DNA from: Flavobacteriales bacterium
GTDB taxonomy: Bacteria > Bacteroidota > Bacteroidia > UBA10329
DNA length: 64,000 bases
Assembly (NCBI GenBank): GCA_044356305.1
Contig: JBIKWM010000015.1
Coordinates: forward strand, 1,552 to 65,551
Direction of reading: 5' to 3'
How positions within the stretch are numbered: position 1 is the stretch's first letter; the number at the start of each line of letters is the position of its first letter. The translations under genes and the position numbers were made by a program. Below, piece by piece: positions 1 through 14,538 of the stretch. The notes under the pieces were generated by a model. The model was not told where the DNA came from. It did no database searches and saw only the letters and a list, made by a program, of their open reading frames with translations.

Positions 1-2
1 GG

Positions 3-449
3 AATCCTTATTCTTTCATTCAGATTGATTACGACTGGGTCCATTGGGAGGCTCTTTTTGAATCGAAGGGTGATGAAGAATATCTAATAATCGGAAATTT
101 TCTGCCCGACTCCCTTTCGCCCACTGTAGGCTCTGACGTTGGCGCATACATGTTCATTGACGACATCTCCCTGACCCTCCTCGATACCACATCTGGTGTA
201 GGAGAAAACGAAATAATTGTAATGCAACTGGCCCCAAACCCGGCAACCAGCTCCGTGACAATTAACTACCAAGGCAATAAGAAAATGCAGGGCGTGGCCT
301 TGGTTGACCTAATCGGAAGATCGGTTAAAAGCCAAGGCCCGGCAAGGCAAGTAGATGTGGGTGGCCTAAACAATGGTGTTTACGTTGTAGTGGTTGAGTT
401 TGAAGGGGGCGTGAAGGCGGTGAGTAAACTTGTGGTGCAAAGGGAGTAG
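3..449 (+). CDS. T9SS C-terminal sorting domain protein, 3' fragment (5' end lies outside the window)
   Basis: The frame is open from nt 3 (NPYSFIQIDYDW...). The C-terminus ...LAPNPATSSVTINYQGNKKMQGVALVDLIGRSVKSQ...GVYVVVVEFEGGVKAVSKLVVQRE matches the Por secretion tail (T9SS CTD) pattern. Confidence 0.5.
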   Translation, partial: NPYSFIQIDYDWVHWEALFESKGDEEYLIIGNFLPDSLSPTVGSDVGAYMFIDDISLTLLDTTSGVGENEIIVMQLAPNPATSSVTINYQGNKKMQGVALVDLIGRSVKSQGPARQVDVGGLNNGVYVVVVEFEGGVKAVSKLVVQRE

Positions 450-650
450 CCCCCCGCTTGCTCATGCGTTCCGCAGGATAACCCGTGCGGAACATTACAC
501 GCGAAGCCTCTGCGTATTCATAAGAGATTCAGACCGGGCAAGTGCGGGGGTCATTAACCCAGGCATTCTGATCTGTTGCACCTGTATTTGCACAATCAGT
601 ACAGGTTAATAGATGGCCGTTGGCTGTTCGAGGTTCGCGATGAGGGTGGC

Positions 651-690
651 AGCAGAAAACAAAAAGGGCCCCGAAGGGCCCTTTATCATT
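651..690 (-). terminator. Rho-independent terminator downstream of rpoC (palindromic, possibly bidirectional)
   Basis: GGGCCC-CGAA-GGGCCC hairpin at 666-681. On the minus strand it is followed by the U-tract encoded by the A-run at 651-665. Confidence 0.5.
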
Positions 691-710
691 GACAGATGGA
701 GCGGTACGGC

Positions 711-3700
711 TCAGGCCTCGGCCTCTTCAGCCTTGGCAGCGAGCAGTTGCTCGTACTCTTCGCGGCTGCCCACCACCAGCTTGTCGAAATCGCGCTGGCC
801 GGTGCCGGCAGGGATGAGGTGACCTACGATCACGTTCTCCTTGAGGCCGTTGAGGGTGTCGAGCTTGCCACGTACAGCGGCCTCGTTGAGCACCTTGGTG
901 GTCTCTTGGAACGATGCGGCCGAGATCCAGCTATCGGTCTGCAGCGAGGCGCGGGTGATACCCTGCAGGATCTGCTCGGACGTGGCGGTAACGGCATCGC
1001 GTGCCTCAACGGGCTTCATGTCCTTGCGCTTGAGCATGGAGTTCTCATCGCGCAGCTTGCGGGCCGAGACCATCTGTCCGGCCTTGAGGTTCTGCGAGTC
1101 GCCCGGTTCGGTGACGAACTTCATGCCGTACAGCGCATCGTTGGCCTCCATGAAGTCGAACTTGTTGACCAGGTCGCGCTCGAGGAACTCGGTGTCGCCC
1201 TGATCGATGATCTCGACCTTGCGCATCATCTGACGCACGATGACCTCGAAGTGCTTGTCGTTGATCTTCACACCCTGTAGGCGGTACACCTCCTGCACCT
1301 CGTTGACGAGGTACTCCTGCACGGCAGTAGGGCCTTTGATGGCGAGGATGTCGCTCGGGGTGATGGCGCCATCGCTGAGCGGGGCGCCTGCCTTGGTGAA
1401 GTCGTTCTCCTGCACCAGGATGTGCTTGGTCATGGGCACGAGGTACTTGCGCACCTCGCCTGTGCGGGCCTCTACGATGATCTCGCGGTTGCCGCGCTTC
1501 ACCTTTCCGAAGGTGACAATGCCGTCCACCTCGCTCACCACGGCCGGGTTGCTGGGGTTACGGGCCTCAAACAGTTCGGTGACGCGTGGCAGACCACCGG
1601 TGATATCGCCCGCCTTGCCTGAGCTGCGCGGAATCTTCACCATGATGTCGCCTGCCTTGATCTTGTCGCCATCGTTGACCACAATGTGGGCCCCCACGGG
1701 CAGGTTGTAGGTCTTGGCCATGTCCTTGGCCGCAATGGTGACGGTAGGGATCTTCTTCTTGTCCTTGGACTCGGTGATCACTTTTTCGGAGAAACCTGTC
1801 TGCTCATCGCTCTCGACCCGGTAGGTGATGCTCTCCTCCACATCGGTGAACTCGACCTTACCATCGATCTCGGAAACGATGACCGCGTTGTAAGGATCCC
1901 ATTCGCAGATGTCCTGTCCTTTTGTGACCTGACCACCGTCCTTGACATACAATTTGGAACCGTATGGGATGTTGTGCGATGCGATGAGCACGCCTGTTGA
2001 CTTGTTGATGAGGCGCATCTCGGCCGAACGACCGATGACGATGTCGCACTTGCCATCGCTGCTCTTCACGGTGCGGAGCTCATCAAACTCCACGCTGCTG
2101 TCGTGCTTGGCGATGATCTTGTTCTCACCGGCAGCGCCCGTGGCCACACCACCCACGTGGAAGGTGCGGAGGGTGAGCTGAGTACCCGGTTCACCGATGG
2201 ACTGTGCGGCTATGACACCCACGGCCAGGCCGCGCTGTACCATGCGGCCGGTGGCCAGATCGCGGCCGTAGCACTTGGTGCACACGCCACGCTTGCTCTC
2301 GCAGGTCAGAACGGAGCGTATCTCCACGCTGTCGATACCGGCCTCTTCGATGCCCCTTGCACGCTCTTCGCTTATCTCATCGCCACTGCGCACAATGATG
2401 GCACCGGTTTCGGGGTGCAGCACATCGTGCAGCGAGGTGCGGCCCAAAATGCGGTCGTAGAGCGGCTCAACCACGTCCTCGTTGTTCTTGAGGGCGGTGG
2501 CCACAAGGCCGCGGAGGGTTCCGCAGTCCTCTTCGTTAATGATCACGTCCTGAGCAACGTCAACAAGCCTACGTGTAAGGTAACCGGCATCGGCCGTTTT
2601 GAGAGCCGTATCGGCCAGACCCTTACGGGCACCGTGGGTAGAGATGAAGTACTCGAGGATGGAGAGGCCCTCCTTAAAGTTGGAGAGGATGGGGTTCTCG
2701 ATAATGTCCTGAGCTGTGGCACCGCTCTTCTGCGGCTTGGCCATCAGGCCCCTCATGCCGCTGAGCTGACGGATCTGTTCCTTGGAACCGCGGGCACCGC
2801 TGTCCAGCATCATGTAAACGGGGTTGAAACCGTCCTTGTCGCTGGTCATCTGCTTCATCAGGGTCTGGGTGAGGCGCGAGTTGGTGTGTGTCCAGATATC
2901 GATGATCTGGTTATACCGCTCGTTGTTGGTGATGAAACCCATGTTGTAGTTGTTCATCACCTCGTCCACCTCGGCCTGTGCACTGGCCACCAGGTCGGTC
3001 TTCTCTTTGGGGATGAGCACATCGCCCAGGTTGAATGACAGACCACCGCGGAAAGCGCTCATAAAGCCCAGTTCCTTGATCCTGTCAAGGAAATGCGCTG
3101 TTTCGGCCATGCCCACCTCTTTGATGATGTTGCCGATGATGTCGCGCAACGACTTTTTGGTGAGCAGCTCGTTGATGAAACCTACCTGAGCAGGCACCAC
3201 CTGGTTGAAGATGACGCGACCCACCGTGGTGGTGATGCGCCTTGTGACCAGTTCACCATCCTCTTTAACGCGGGCACGCACCTCGATGCGGGCATGCAGA
3301 TCGACCTGCTTCTCGTTGTAGGCGATGATGATCTCTTCAGCAGAATAGAACTTCTTGCCCTGACCCTTGGCATTGGGGCGCTCCTTGGTCATGTAGTACA
3401 GACCGAGCACCATGTCCTGCGATGGCACCGCGATGGGCGCACCGTTGGCCGGGTTGAGAATGTTGTGGCTGGCCAGCATGAGCAGTTGGGCCTCCAACAC
3501 GGCAGCATTGCCCAAGGGCAGGTGCACAGCCATCTGGTCACCGTCAAAGTCAGCGTTGAAAGCAGTACACACCAGCGGGTGCAGCTGTATGGCCTTGCCT
3601 TCGATCAGCTTGGGTTGGAACGCCTGGATACCCAAGCGGTGAAGGGTCGGGGCGCGGTTGAGGAGTACCGGGTGACCGATGAGGGCATTCTCCAGGATGT

Positions 3701-4979
3701 CCCACACAACGGCCTCTTTCTTGTCCACCAGTTTCTTGGCGCTCTTCACGGTCTTCACAATGCCGCGCTCAATCATCTTACGGATGATGAACGGCTTGTA
3801 CAGCTCTGCAGCCATATCCTTGGGCAGACCGCACTCGTGCATCTTGAGCTCAGGGCCTACGACAATGACCGAACGGGCCGAGTAGTCGACACGCTTACCG
3901 AGCAGGTTCTGACGGAAGCGGCCCTGCTTACCCTTGAGGCTGTCAGACAGCGACTTGAGAGCGCGGTTGGCATCGGTCTTAACAGCACTGCTCTTGCGGC
4001 TGTTGTCGAACAGCGAATCAACGGCCTCTTGCAACATGCGCTTCTCGTTGCGCAGGATCACCTCGGGGGCCTTGATCTCGATGAGGCGCTTGAGGCGGTT
4101 GTTGCGGATGATGACCCTACGGTAAAGGTCGTTCAGATCGGAGGTGGCGAAACGGCCACCGTCCAACGGAACGAGCGGACGCAGGTCGGGCGGAATCACG
4201 GGGATCACACGCACGATCATCCATTCGGGGCGGTTCTCAATGTTCTCGCGCGAGGCACGGAACGCCTCAACCACCTGCAGGCGCTTGAGGGCCTCGTTCT
4301 TACGCTGCTGGCTGGTCTCGGTGTTGGCCTTGGCACGCAGGTCGTAGGACAGCGAGTCGAGGTCGAGCCTGTTGAGCAGGTCGCTCAGGGCCTCGGCACC
4401 CATCTTGGCCACGAACTTGTTCGGGTCCCGATCATCGAGGTACTGGTTGTCCTTCGGAAGGCCCTCGTGGATATCGAGGTACTCATCTTCAGTAAGGAAC
4501 TCCATGTGCTCCAGCGGGGTACCGTCCTGTTTCTGGGCTATGCCGGCATTGATGACCACATACCTTTCGTAGTAGATGATCATATCGAGCTTCTTGGTGG
4601 GAAGCCCAAGTAGGTAACCTATCTTATTTGGCAGGCTCTTGAAATACCAGATATGAGCCACTGGCACTGTTAGCTGGATGTGGCCCATGCGCTCTCTGCG
4701 CACTTTCTTCTCGGTCACCTCCACACCGCAACGGTCGCAGACGATGCCCTTGTAGCGTATGCGCTTGTACTTGCCGCAGTGACACTCATAATCCTTGACC
4801 GGACCGAAAATCCTCTCGCAGAACAGGCCATCGCGTTCGGGCTTGTAAGTGCGGTAGTTGATGGTCTCGGGCTTCAGCACTTCGCCCCTCGAGCTCTCGA
4901 GCACTTGCTCGGGCGAGGTGAGGCTGATGATGACTTTCTTGAAATTGCTCTTGAGCTTGAGCTCTCGTTGAAGGGCCAT
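711..4979 (-). CDS. rpoC: DNA-directed RNA polymerase subunit beta'
   Basis: 1422 aa. Zn-finger [35 protein letters not shown] catalytic motif, full-length beta' architecture. Confidence 0.97.
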   Translation of the reverse strand: MALQRELKLKSNFKKVIISLTSPEQVLESSRGEVLKPETINYRTYKPERDGLFCERIFGPVKDYECHCGKYKRIRYKGIVCDRCGVEVTEKKVRRERMGHIQLTVPVAHIWYFKSLPNKIGYLLGLPTKKLDMIIYYERYVVINAGIAQKQDGTPLEHMEFLTEDEYLDIHEGLPKDNQYLDDRDPNKFVAKMGAEALSDLLNRLDLDSLSYDLRAKANTETSQQRKNEALKRLQVVEAFRASRENIENRPEWMIVRVIPVIPPDLRPLVPLDGGRFATSDLNDLYRRVIIRNNRLKRLIEIKAPEVILRNEKRMLQEAVDSLFDNSRKSSAVKTDANRALKSLSDSLKGKQGRFRQNLLGKRVDYSARSVIVVGPELKMHECGLPKDMAAELYKPFIIRKMIERGIVKTVKSAKKLVDKKEAVVWDILENALIGHPVLLNRAPTLHRLGIQAFQPKLIEGKAIQLHPLVCTAFNADFDGDQMAVHLPLGNAAVLEAQLLMLASHNILNPANGAPIAVPSQDMVLGLYYMTKERPNAKGQGKKFYSAEEIIIAYNEKQVDLHARIEVRARVKEDGELVTRRITTTVGRVIFNQVVPAQVGFINELLTKKSLRDIIGNIIKEVGMAETAHFLDRIKELGFMSAFRGGLSFNLGDVLIPKEKTDLVASAQAEVDEVMNNYNMGFITNNERYNQIIDIWTHTNSRLTQTLMKQMTSDKDGFNPVYMMLDSGARGSKEQIRQLSGMRGLMAKPQKSGATAQDIIENPILSNFKEGLSILEYFISTHGARKGLADTALKTADAGYLTRRLVDVAQDVIINEEDCGTLRGLVATALKNNEDVVEPLYDRILGRTSLHDVLHPETGAIIVRSGDEISEERARGIEEAGIDSVEIRSVLTCESKRGVCTKCYGRDLATGRMVQRGLAVGVIAAQSIGEPGTQLTLRTFHVGGVATGAAGENKIIAKHDSSVEFDELRTVKSSDGKCDIVIGRSAEMRLINKSTGVLIASHNIPYGSKLYVKDGGQVTKGQDICEWDPYNAVIVSEIDGKVEFTDVEESITYRVESDEQTGFSEKVITESKDKKKIPTVTIAAKDMAKTYNLPVGAHIVVNDGDKIKAGDIMVKIPRSSGKAGDITGGLPRVTELFEARNPSNPAVVSEVDGIVTFGKVKRGNREIIVEARTGEVRKYLVPMTKHILVQENDFTKAGAPLSDGAITPSDILAIKGPTAVQEYLVNEVQEVYRLQGVKINDKHFEVIVRQMMRKVEIIDQGDTEFLERDLVNKFDFMEANDALYGMKFVTEPGDSQNLKAGQMVSARKLRDENSMLKRKDMKPVEARDAVTATSEQILQGITRASLQTDSWISAASFQETTKVLNEAAVRGKLDTLNGLKENVIVGHLIPAGTGQRDFDKLVVGSREEYEQLLAAKAEEAEA

Positions 4980-5054
4980 TATTTGGCTGGTTTTGAGAGG
5001 TTAGAGACTTTGATCGGAATTGATGCTGACCTGTTCCACTGCTTCTGAGCACCG

Positions 5055-5086
5055 CCCTGCACACGCCACGGAGGGCCTGTGCAGGG
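5055..5086 (-). other. RNA hairpin in the rpoB-rpoC intergenic spacer
   Basis: Perfect 9-bp inverted repeat CCCTGCACA / TGTGCAGGG (5055-5063 / 5078-5086) around a 14-nt loop. Confidence 0.25.
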
Positions 5087-5101
5087 TGGCTCAGTAGAGC
5101 T

Positions 5102-8893
<3,792 letters not shown>

Positions 8894-8964
8894 GGTGATT
8901 AGGGCCAGTGTCTTTCTGTTTGTAGGTCAGTGACAGGCGGAAGGGAAAGGCTGAAAGCTAGAAA

Positions 8965-9021
8965 GGTCGGGACCCGCGCCCCTTCCGGGCGGGGTCCCAA
9001 CCTGCGGGGCCTTTCGGCCCA
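8965..9021 (-). promoter_or_regulatory. rplL-rpoB intergenic stem-loops (attenuator/processing-site candidate)
   Basis: GC-rich stem of about 12 bp, GGGACCCGCGCCCC-TTCC-GGGCGGGGTCCC, at 8969-8998. A second hairpin GGGCC-TTTC-GGCCC follows at 9007-9020. E. coli has a partial terminator at the analogous position. Confidence 0.3.
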
Positions 9022-9026
9022 GTGGG

Positions 9027-9407
9027 TCACTTAAGGTCCACTTGAGCACCGGCCTCAGTGAGCTGGGCCTTGATGCTCTCTGCCTCTTCCTTGCTGACGC
9101 CTTCCTTCACGGGCTTCGGAGCGGCATCAACCAGGTCCTTGGCCTCTTTCAGGCCCAGACCGGTGATTTCCTTCACCAGTTTCACCACACCGAGCTTAGA
9201 AGCACCGGCCGATGTGAGGATTACGTCAAACGAGGTCTTCTCGGCAACTGCCTCGCCACCGCCACCGCCACCTGCTGGGGCGGCCACTGCTACTGCAGCA
9301 GCAGCTGGCTCAATGCCGTACTCGTCTTTCAGGATCTTGGCAAGCTCGTTCACTTCCTTTACGGAAAGGCTCACAAGCTGTTCTGCGAATTGCTTCAGGT
9401 CTGCCAT
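9027..9407 (-). CDS. rplL: 50S ribosomal protein L7/L12
   Basis: 126 aa. Ala/Gly-rich hinge and the conserved C-terminal domain (...[44 protein letters not shown]). Confidence 0.95.
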   Translation of the reverse strand: MADLKQFAEQLVSLSVKEVNELAKILKDEYGIEPAAAAVAVAAPAGGGGGGEAVAEKTSFDVILTSAGASKLGVVKLVKEITGLGLKEAKDLVDAAPKPVKEGVSKEEAESIKAQLTEAGAQVDLK

Positions 9408-9464
9408 TTTATTGAGGATTGATTGTTCTTGGTTTGGTTAAGTTGAGTAAAAAGCCGCGAGGTA

Positions 9465-9989
9465 TCAGCCCTCCTTCTCGGCCAAAGTCTTGAGGATGCC
9501 GGCCAGACCGCGTCCAGGGCTCTGCAGTGCAGAGACGACATTCTGTGCTGGTGACTGGAGCAGACCGATGATCTCTCCGATGACCTCTTCTTTGCTCTTG
9601 ATGCTCACGAGCTGGTCGAGGCTGTTGTCGCCAATAAAGACGCCTTCTCCCACCCAAGCGCCTTTCAGCACAGGACGGTCCTTTTTCTTTCGCAGCTCCT
9701 TGATGAGCTTAGCGGGTACGCTGGCGCCCTCTGCGAACATGATCGCACTGTTGCCTTTGAGCACCCCACCGAGCTCTATCAGGCCTGGATTGCCTGAGCG
9801 CTCAAATGCCTTGAACAGCAGAGAGTTCTTTACCACCTTGAGCGTTATGCTCCTTTCGTGGCAAGCCTTGCGCAGTTCGTAGGTGTCGTTGGCGTTGAGG
9901 GTCGAAATGTCGGTGATGTAGAAGTTAGGGTTAGCACCCACTTCTTGCAGTAGGCCATCTATGACCTGGTCTTTCTCCTGTCTTGTCAT
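9465..9989 (-). CDS. rplJ: 50S ribosomal protein L10
   Basis: 174 aa with the L10 fold and conserved position upstream of rplL. Confidence 0.93.
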   Translation of the reverse strand: MTRQEKDQVIDGLLQEVGANPNFYITDISTLNANDTYELRKACHERSITLKVVKNSLLFKAFERSGNPGLIELGGVLKGNSAIMFAEGASVPAKLIKELRKKKDRPVLKGAWVGEGVFIGDNSLDQLVSIKSKEEVIGEIIGLLQSPAQNVVSALQSPGRGLAGILKTLAEKEG

Positions 9990-9992
9990 GGC

Positions 9993-10691
9993 TTATGCAT
10001 TCACTGATTTCGGATCAACCTGTACCCCTGGGCTCATTGTGCCGCTCAGGAATATGCTTTTGACGTATGTGCCCTTGGCAGCCGATGGCTTCATCTTGAC
10101 GAGGGTCGAGATCAGTTCCATTGCGTTCTCAGCGATCTTATCCTTTTCAAAGGATGCCTTCGCTATGCTCGCATGTACGATCCCGGTCTTGTCAACCTTG
10201 AAGTCAATCTTCCCGGCTTTCACCTCAGTCACCGCCTTGCCCACATCCATGGTCACGGTGCCACTCTTCGGGTTTGGCATCAGGCCACGAGGGCCGAGTA
10301 CCTTACCGAGTACACCTACCTTGGCCATCACCGTGGGCGTGGTGATTATCACATCTACATCGGTCCAACCACCTTTGATCTTTTCGATATAATCGTCAAG
10401 ACCTACGTGGTCGGCACCGGCTGCCTTGGCCTCTTCCGCCTTATCGGGCGTACAGAGTACCAATACCTTTACCTGTTTCCCGGTACCATGAGGCAGAGAG
10501 ACCACACCTCTCACCATCTGGTTCGCTTTACGGGGATCAACACCCAGCCTTACGGCCAGATCGATGCTCGAATCGAATTTGGTGGTGGAGGCCATCTGTT
10601 TCACCAGCCCTGCGGCCTCAGCCAACGGGTAAGCCCGCTCGCTGTCCACAAGTGCCAGTGCTTTCTTAAGGTTCTTGGTCAGTCTGGCCAT
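9993..10691 (-). CDS. rplA: 50S ribosomal protein L1
   Basis: 232 aa, with L1 motifs ([19 protein letters not shown]). Confidence 0.95.
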   Translation of the reverse strand: MARLTKNLKKALALVDSERAYPLAEAAGLVKQMASTTKFDSSIDLAVRLGVDPRKANQMVRGVVSLPHGTGKQVKVLVLCTPDKAEEAKAAGADHVGLDDYIEKIKGGWTDVDVIITTPTVMAKVGVLGKVLGPRGLMPNPKSGTVTMDVGKAVTEVKAGKIDFKVDKTGIVHASIAKASFEKDKIAENAMELISTLVKMKPSAAKGTYVKSIFLSGTMSPGVQVDPKSVNA

Positions 10692-10692
10692 G

Positions 10693-11136
10693 TCATGCTT
10701 TTTTTGGCAATGTACCGTTCACTGTTACACCCATGCTACGGGCCGTTCCGGCCACCATGCTCATGGCTGATTCCAGTGAGAAACAGTTCAGGTCAGGCAT
10801 CTTATCCTCTGCAATGGCTTTTATCTGCTCTACCGTGATAGAACCGACTTTCTTGCGGTTCGGCTCGGCAGAGCCCGATTTAAGTTTCACTGCGTCCATG
10901 ATTGAGACAGCTACAGGTGGACGCTTGATCACAAAGTCAAACGTCTTGTCAACGTAGACCGTGATCACCACCGGCAATACCTTCCCCTGCTGATCCTGCG
11001 TGCGAGCGTTGAACTGCTTGCAGAAGTCCATGATATTGACCCCTTTGGAGCCAAGAGCCGGACCGATGGGGGGAGAGGGATTGGCGGCACCGCCCTTCAC
11101 CTGGAGCTTTACGTAGCCGCTTATCTCTTTTGCCAT
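10693..11136 (-). CDS. rplK: 50S ribosomal protein L11
   Basis: 147 aa, with L11 N-terminal [16 protein letters not shown]. Confidence 0.95.
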   Translation of the reverse strand: MAKEISGYVKLQVKGGAANPSPPIGPALGSKGVNIMDFCKQFNARTQDQQGKVLPVVITVYVDKTFDFVIKRPPVAVSIMDAVKLKSGSAEPNRKKVGSITVEQIKAIAEDKMPDLNCFSLESAMSMVAGTARSMGVTVNGTLPKKA

Positions 11137-11228
11137 CTTGATTGTTGAACTGTTGGTTGGTTAACTATGATAGTCGGTACTTAAAGGGAAGCTTTAATCA
11201 GTGTACCGGGATATCCGATCGGGTTGGG

Positions 11229-11780
11229 TCAGGCTTCTTTTTCCACCTGCATGTAACTGAGCTCCAAGGGGGTCTTTCGACCAAAGATCTTCACCATCAC
11301 CTTGAGCTTCTTCTTCTCTTCATTGATCTCTTCGATCACTCCTGTGAAGCTGTTGAAAGGACCATCAATCACCTTGACATTCTCGCCAACGATGAACGGT
11401 ATGTTAAGTTCCTCATTACTCTCGGCCAGTTCGTCCACTTTGCCCAGAATGCGGTTCACCTCAGACACGCGCAGGGCTACGGGGTCTCCTCCCTTGGTCT
11501 CGCCAAGGAACCCGATCACCCCATTGACCCCTTTGATGATATGGGGCAACTCACCCACCAGTTCGGCCTCCAGAATGACATAGCCCGGCAGGTAGCTGCG
11601 CTCTTTGCTCACTTTCTTGCCGTTGCGTATCTGGTACACCTTTTCGGTGGGTATGATCACCTGAGCCACTTGATCCTTGAAACCGTGGAATGACACCTCG
11701 GCCTCAATGTGCTCTTTCACCTTCTTCTCCTTACCGGAGATGGCGCGCACCACATACCACTTCTTTCCGCTCTCGGCCAT
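11229..11780 (-). CDS. nusG: Transcription termination/antitermination factor NusG
   Basis: NGN domain (KKWYVVRAISGKEKKV) and KOW domain. The longest ORF (to 11933) adds 51 non-conserved residues. The internal Met at 11780 is the likely start. Confidence 0.88.
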   Translation of the reverse strand: MAESGKKWYVVRAISGKEKKVKEHIEAEVSFHGFKDQVAQVIIPTEKVYQIRNGKKVSKERSYLPGYVILEAELVGELPHIIKGVNGVIGFLGETKGGDPVALRVSEVNRILGKVDELAESNEELNIPFIVGENVKVIDGPFNSFTGVIEEINEEKKKLKVMVKIFGRKTPLELSYMQVEKEA

Positions 11781-11835
11781 GATCAGATCAGCTGGGGTGT
11801 TGGATTGAGGTTTATTTGGATAGGTAGGTACCGGT

Positions 11836-12054
11836 TCAGAACATCTCGTAGAAGAAACCGAGCACGCCTTTCCAGGCCGAATCGCCACCGCGTATGCCGA
11901 ACACGAAGTCCATGGCGAACACAACGAGAGCAATGAGCATGCTGGCCACCGTTACGATACCTGCACTGCTCTGGAGTTCACTCCAGGTAGGCCATGACAC
12001 TTTGGTCATGAGCTCGGAGTAAGACTCCTCTACATATTTGACTATCTTCTGCAT
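11836..12054 (-). CDS. secE: Preprotein translocase subunit SecE
   Basis: Small protein with a single C-terminal TM helix, located between tRNA-Trp and nusG. The start is trimmed to the Met at 12054 so it clears the tRNA. Confidence 0.75.
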   Translation of the reverse strand: MQKIVKYVEESYSELMTKVSWPTWSELQSSAGIVTVASMLIALVVFAMDFVFGIRGGDSAWKGVLGFFYEMF

Positions 12055-12075
12055 GTTGGCCCTTTGCGATGATTG

Positions 12076-12148
12076 CACGGGCGGAGAGGCTCGAACTCCC
12101 AGCCTGCGGTTTTGGAGACCGCTGCTCTACCAATTGAGCTACGCCCGT
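12076..12148 (-). tRNA. tRNA-Trp (anticodon CCA)
   Basis: Reverse complement ACGGGCGTAGCTCAATTGGTAGAGCAGCGGTCTCCAAAACCGC...CGCCCGTG. Acceptor stem of 7 bp, anticodon loop CTCCAAA. Confidence 0.9.
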
Positions 12149-12278
12149 ATCCGATTTAGCTGGTTGTATCTGAGTCCTTCCGTTTCCGTGCCGAGCCTAG
12201 TTCCCTTACCGCTGGGGCCAGTAGGCTCCCGCCTACCAGCACCCATACGGACAAGGTCATTCAGCTCAATTCACAGAA

Positions 12279-13466
12279 TCACTTCAGGATCTCGGTCACC
12301 TGACCGGCACCCACGGTACGGCCACCTTCGCGGATAGCGAAACGGAGACCTTTGTCCATGGCTACTGGCACAATGAGTTTTACGGTGATGGTGAGGTTAT
12401 CACCGGGCATCACCATCTCCTGACCTTCGGGCAGGAAGATCTCACCGGTCACATCAGTGGTACGCAGGTAGAACTGCGGACGGTACTTGTTGTGGAAAGG
12501 TGTGTGACGGCCGCCTTCTTCCTTCTTAAGGATGTAGACCTCAGCCTTGAACTCGGTGTGCGGGGTGATAGAACCCGGCTTGGCGATGACCATACCTCTG
12601 CGGATAGCGGTCTTGTCAATGCCACGGAGAAGCAGACCTACGTTATCACCAGCCTCACCACGGTCAAGGATCTTACGGAACATCTCAACACCGGTGATGG
12701 TGCTCTTCATTTTCTCGTCACCCATGCCCAGGATCTCAACTTCCTCGCCTGAGTTGATCACACCGCGCTCGATACGACCGGTGGCAACAGTGCCACGACC
12801 GGTGATAGAGAACACGTCTTCAACTGGCATGAGGAACGGCTTGTCGATCTCGCGAACCGGCATCTGGATCCAGCTATCAACGGCATCCATAAGCTTCACG
12901 ATTGTTTCGCTCCACTTTGGATCACCGTTAAGTCCACCGAGGGCTGATCCTTGGATCACCGGTGTGTTGTCGCCATCATACTCATAGAAAGACAGGAGTT
13001 CGCGAACTTCCATCTCAACAAGCTCCAGCAACTCAGGATCATCGACACTGTCACACTTGTTCATGAATACCACCAGACGGGGCACACCCACCTGACGGCC
13101 GAGCAGGATGTGCTCGCGGGTCTGCGGCATAGGACCATCGGTAGCAGCAACCACAAGGATGGCACCGTCCATCTGAGCAGCACCGGTAACCATGTTCTTC
13201 ACATAGTCAGCGTGGCCTGGGCAGTCAACGTGCGCATAGTGGCGGTTGGCTGTCTGGTACTCAACGTGTGATGTGTTGATGGTGATACCGCGCTCCTTTT
13301 CCTCAGGGGCGTTATCGATTGAGTCGAAGCTCCTCACTTCGCTCCAGCCTTTTTCGGCCAGAACCTTTGTGATAGCCGCAGTGAGGGTGGTCTTACCGTG
13401 GTCAACGTGGCCGATTGTGCCGATGTTGACGTGGGGTTTGGTCCGCTGAAAAGTCTCTTTTGCCAT
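12279..13466 (-). CDS. tuf: Elongation factor Tu
   Basis: 395 aa, with [18 protein letters not shown] and NKCD GTPase motifs. Confidence 0.98.
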   Translation of the reverse strand: MAKETFQRTKPHVNIGTIGHVDHGKTTLTAAITKVLAEKGWSEVRSFDSIDNAPEEKERGITINTSHVEYQTANRHYAHVDCPGHADYVKNMVTGAAQMDGAILVVAATDGPMPQTREHILLGRQVGVPRLVVFMNKCDSVDDPELLELVEMEVRELLSFYEYDGDNTPVIQGSALGGLNGDPKWSETIVKLMDAVDSWIQMPVREIDKPFLMPVEDVFSITGRGTVATGRIERGVINSGEEVEILGMGDEKMKSTITGVEMFRKILDRGEAGDNVGLLLRGIDKTAIRRGMVIAKPGSITPHTEFKAEVYILKKEEGGRHTPFHNKYRPQFYLRTTDVTGEIFLPEGQEMVMPGDNLTITVKLIVPVAMDKGLRFAIREGGRTVGAGQVTEILK

Positions 13467-13559
13467 TGCTGAATGATTGATTAGTGATTTGAAGTGAAGT
13501 GATTGTCCTTTTGTGTGCCTCTGTTGCTCAGCCCTCTACATTAATAGAGGGATTTGCGA

Positions 13560-13634
<75 letters not shown>

Positions 13635-13676
13635 CGGTCTCGTTTCTTGTCGGTTAGCGCCAATGGTCAGGAGATG

Positions 13677-13749
13677 AGCGGGAGACGGGATTCGAACCCG
13701 CGACCCTCAGCTTGGAAGGCTGATGCTCTACCAACTGAGCTACTCCCGC
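13677..13749 (-). tRNA. tRNA-Gly (anticodon TCC)
   Basis: Reverse complement GCGGGAGTAGCTCAGTTGGTAGAGCATCAGCCTTCCAAGCTGAGGGTCGCGGGTTCGAATCCCGTCTCCCGCT. Confidence 0.85.
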
Positions 13750-13803
13750 CTCTTTGCCAAAGTACCGCACCCTATTAGGGGATGCGGATGCACTTACCTT
13801 GCG

Positions 13804-13889
13804 TGGTGGGGAGAGCAGGATTCGAACCTGCGAAGGTGTACACCAACAGATTTACAGTCTGTCCTCGTTGGCCGCTTGAGTATCTCCCC
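13804..13889 (-). tRNA. tRNA-Tyr (anticodon GTA), long variable arm, 3' CCA encoded
   Basis: Reverse complement GGGGAGATACTCAAGCGGCCAACGAGGACAGACTGTAAATCTGTTGGTGTACACCTTCGCAGGTTCGAATCCTGCTCTCCCCACCA. Confidence 0.85.
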
Positions 13890-13977
13890 GACTTGTCAAA
13901 GAACCTTGTCCGTCCCGCTTCCCCCTCGGCCCTCCGGCTCTCTGGGCTGGCCCAGAGAAAAAGATGGCAAGGTGAAG

Positions 13978-14050
13978 AGCCGGTGGAGGGACTCGAACCC
14001 CCGACCAGCTGATTACAAATCAGCTGCTCTACCAGCTGAGCTACACCGGC
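13978..14050 (-). tRNA. tRNA-Thr (anticodon TGT)
   Basis: Reverse complement GCCGGTGTAGCTCAGCTGGTAGAGCAGCTGATTTGTAATCAGCTGGTCGGGGGTTCGAGTCCCTCCACCGGCT. Confidence 0.85.
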
Positions 14051-14119
14051 ACTTGGTCACAGAACGGCCTTTTGCCTCAGTTGCGCCATGCTTCCACAGC
14101 CCCCTTGGAAAAAGGACTG

Positions 14120-14149
14120 CAAATGTAGGCGATTCGGGCTTATGCCCAA
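14120..14149 (-). promoter_or_regulatory. Candidate Bacteroidota sigma-A promoter for the tRNA-tuf operon
   Basis: The minus strand reads TTG-N18-TACATTTG, matching the -33 TTG / -7 TAnnTTTG consensus. It lies about 70 nt upstream of the first tRNA. Confidence 0.35.
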
Positions 14150-14230
14150 ATATTTTTAAGTCTCTGATGTTGAAAATTTCCGAACACCGCGCCAACCCGC
14201 ATCAACAGGGGCTTTGAGCGCGGCACAGCA

Positions 14231-14527
14231 TCAGTGTGCCACCTTCTCTTTACGCTTCTGAAGCTGCGCACGAAGGGCTTCCACCGCCTGATCGGCAGCC
14301 TCTTCGAAGGTGCGGCACTGCCGCTTGGCGAACAGGTCGCTGCCCGGCACAAGCAGTTTCACCTCAACTATCTTATTTTCAGAGGTCGTACTCTTGTCAA
14401 GGCGCAGATACACCTCTGAACTGATGATCTGATTACTGAATGTGGTGAGTTTGCCCACCTTTTCCTCTATGAATCTGGTCAGTTTGACATCAGCGTCAAA
14501 ATGGATGCTCTGAATCTTCACTTTCAT
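14231..14527 (-). CDS. hpf: Ribosome hibernation promoting factor (RaiA/HPF family)
   Basis: 98 aa, MKVKIQSIHFDADVKLTRFIEEKVGKL... Confidence 0.85.
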   Translation of the reverse strand: MKVKIQSIHFDADVKLTRFIEEKVGKLTTFSNQIISSEVYLRLDKSTTSENKIVEVKLLVPGSDLFAKRQCRTFEEAADQAVEALRAQLQKRKEKVAH

Positions 14528-14538
14528 GGGTTCTGGGT

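Noticed and set aside
468-493. Inverted repeat GTTCCGCA-N10-TGCGGAAC downstream of the T9SS cargo gene
   Set aside because: It has a short stem with a 10-nt loop, no U-tract and no recurrence elsewhere in the window. Insufficient to call a terminator or regulatory element.
11780-11933. N-terminal extensions of the longest ORFs for nusG (to 11933), tadA (to 25893), cysN (to 47577), dinB (to 52993), GT4 (to 37677) and several secreted proteins
   Set aside because: The extensions are non-conserved, often Cys/Arg/Ser-rich, and overlap upstream genes. Internal Met residues line up with canonical N-termini or signal peptides.
12149-12278. Spacer between tRNA-Trp and tuf with a small GTAGGC-N4-GCCTAC hairpin
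   Set aside because: A weak 6-bp stem without a U-tract. Likely a processing region, but not distinctive enough to annotate.
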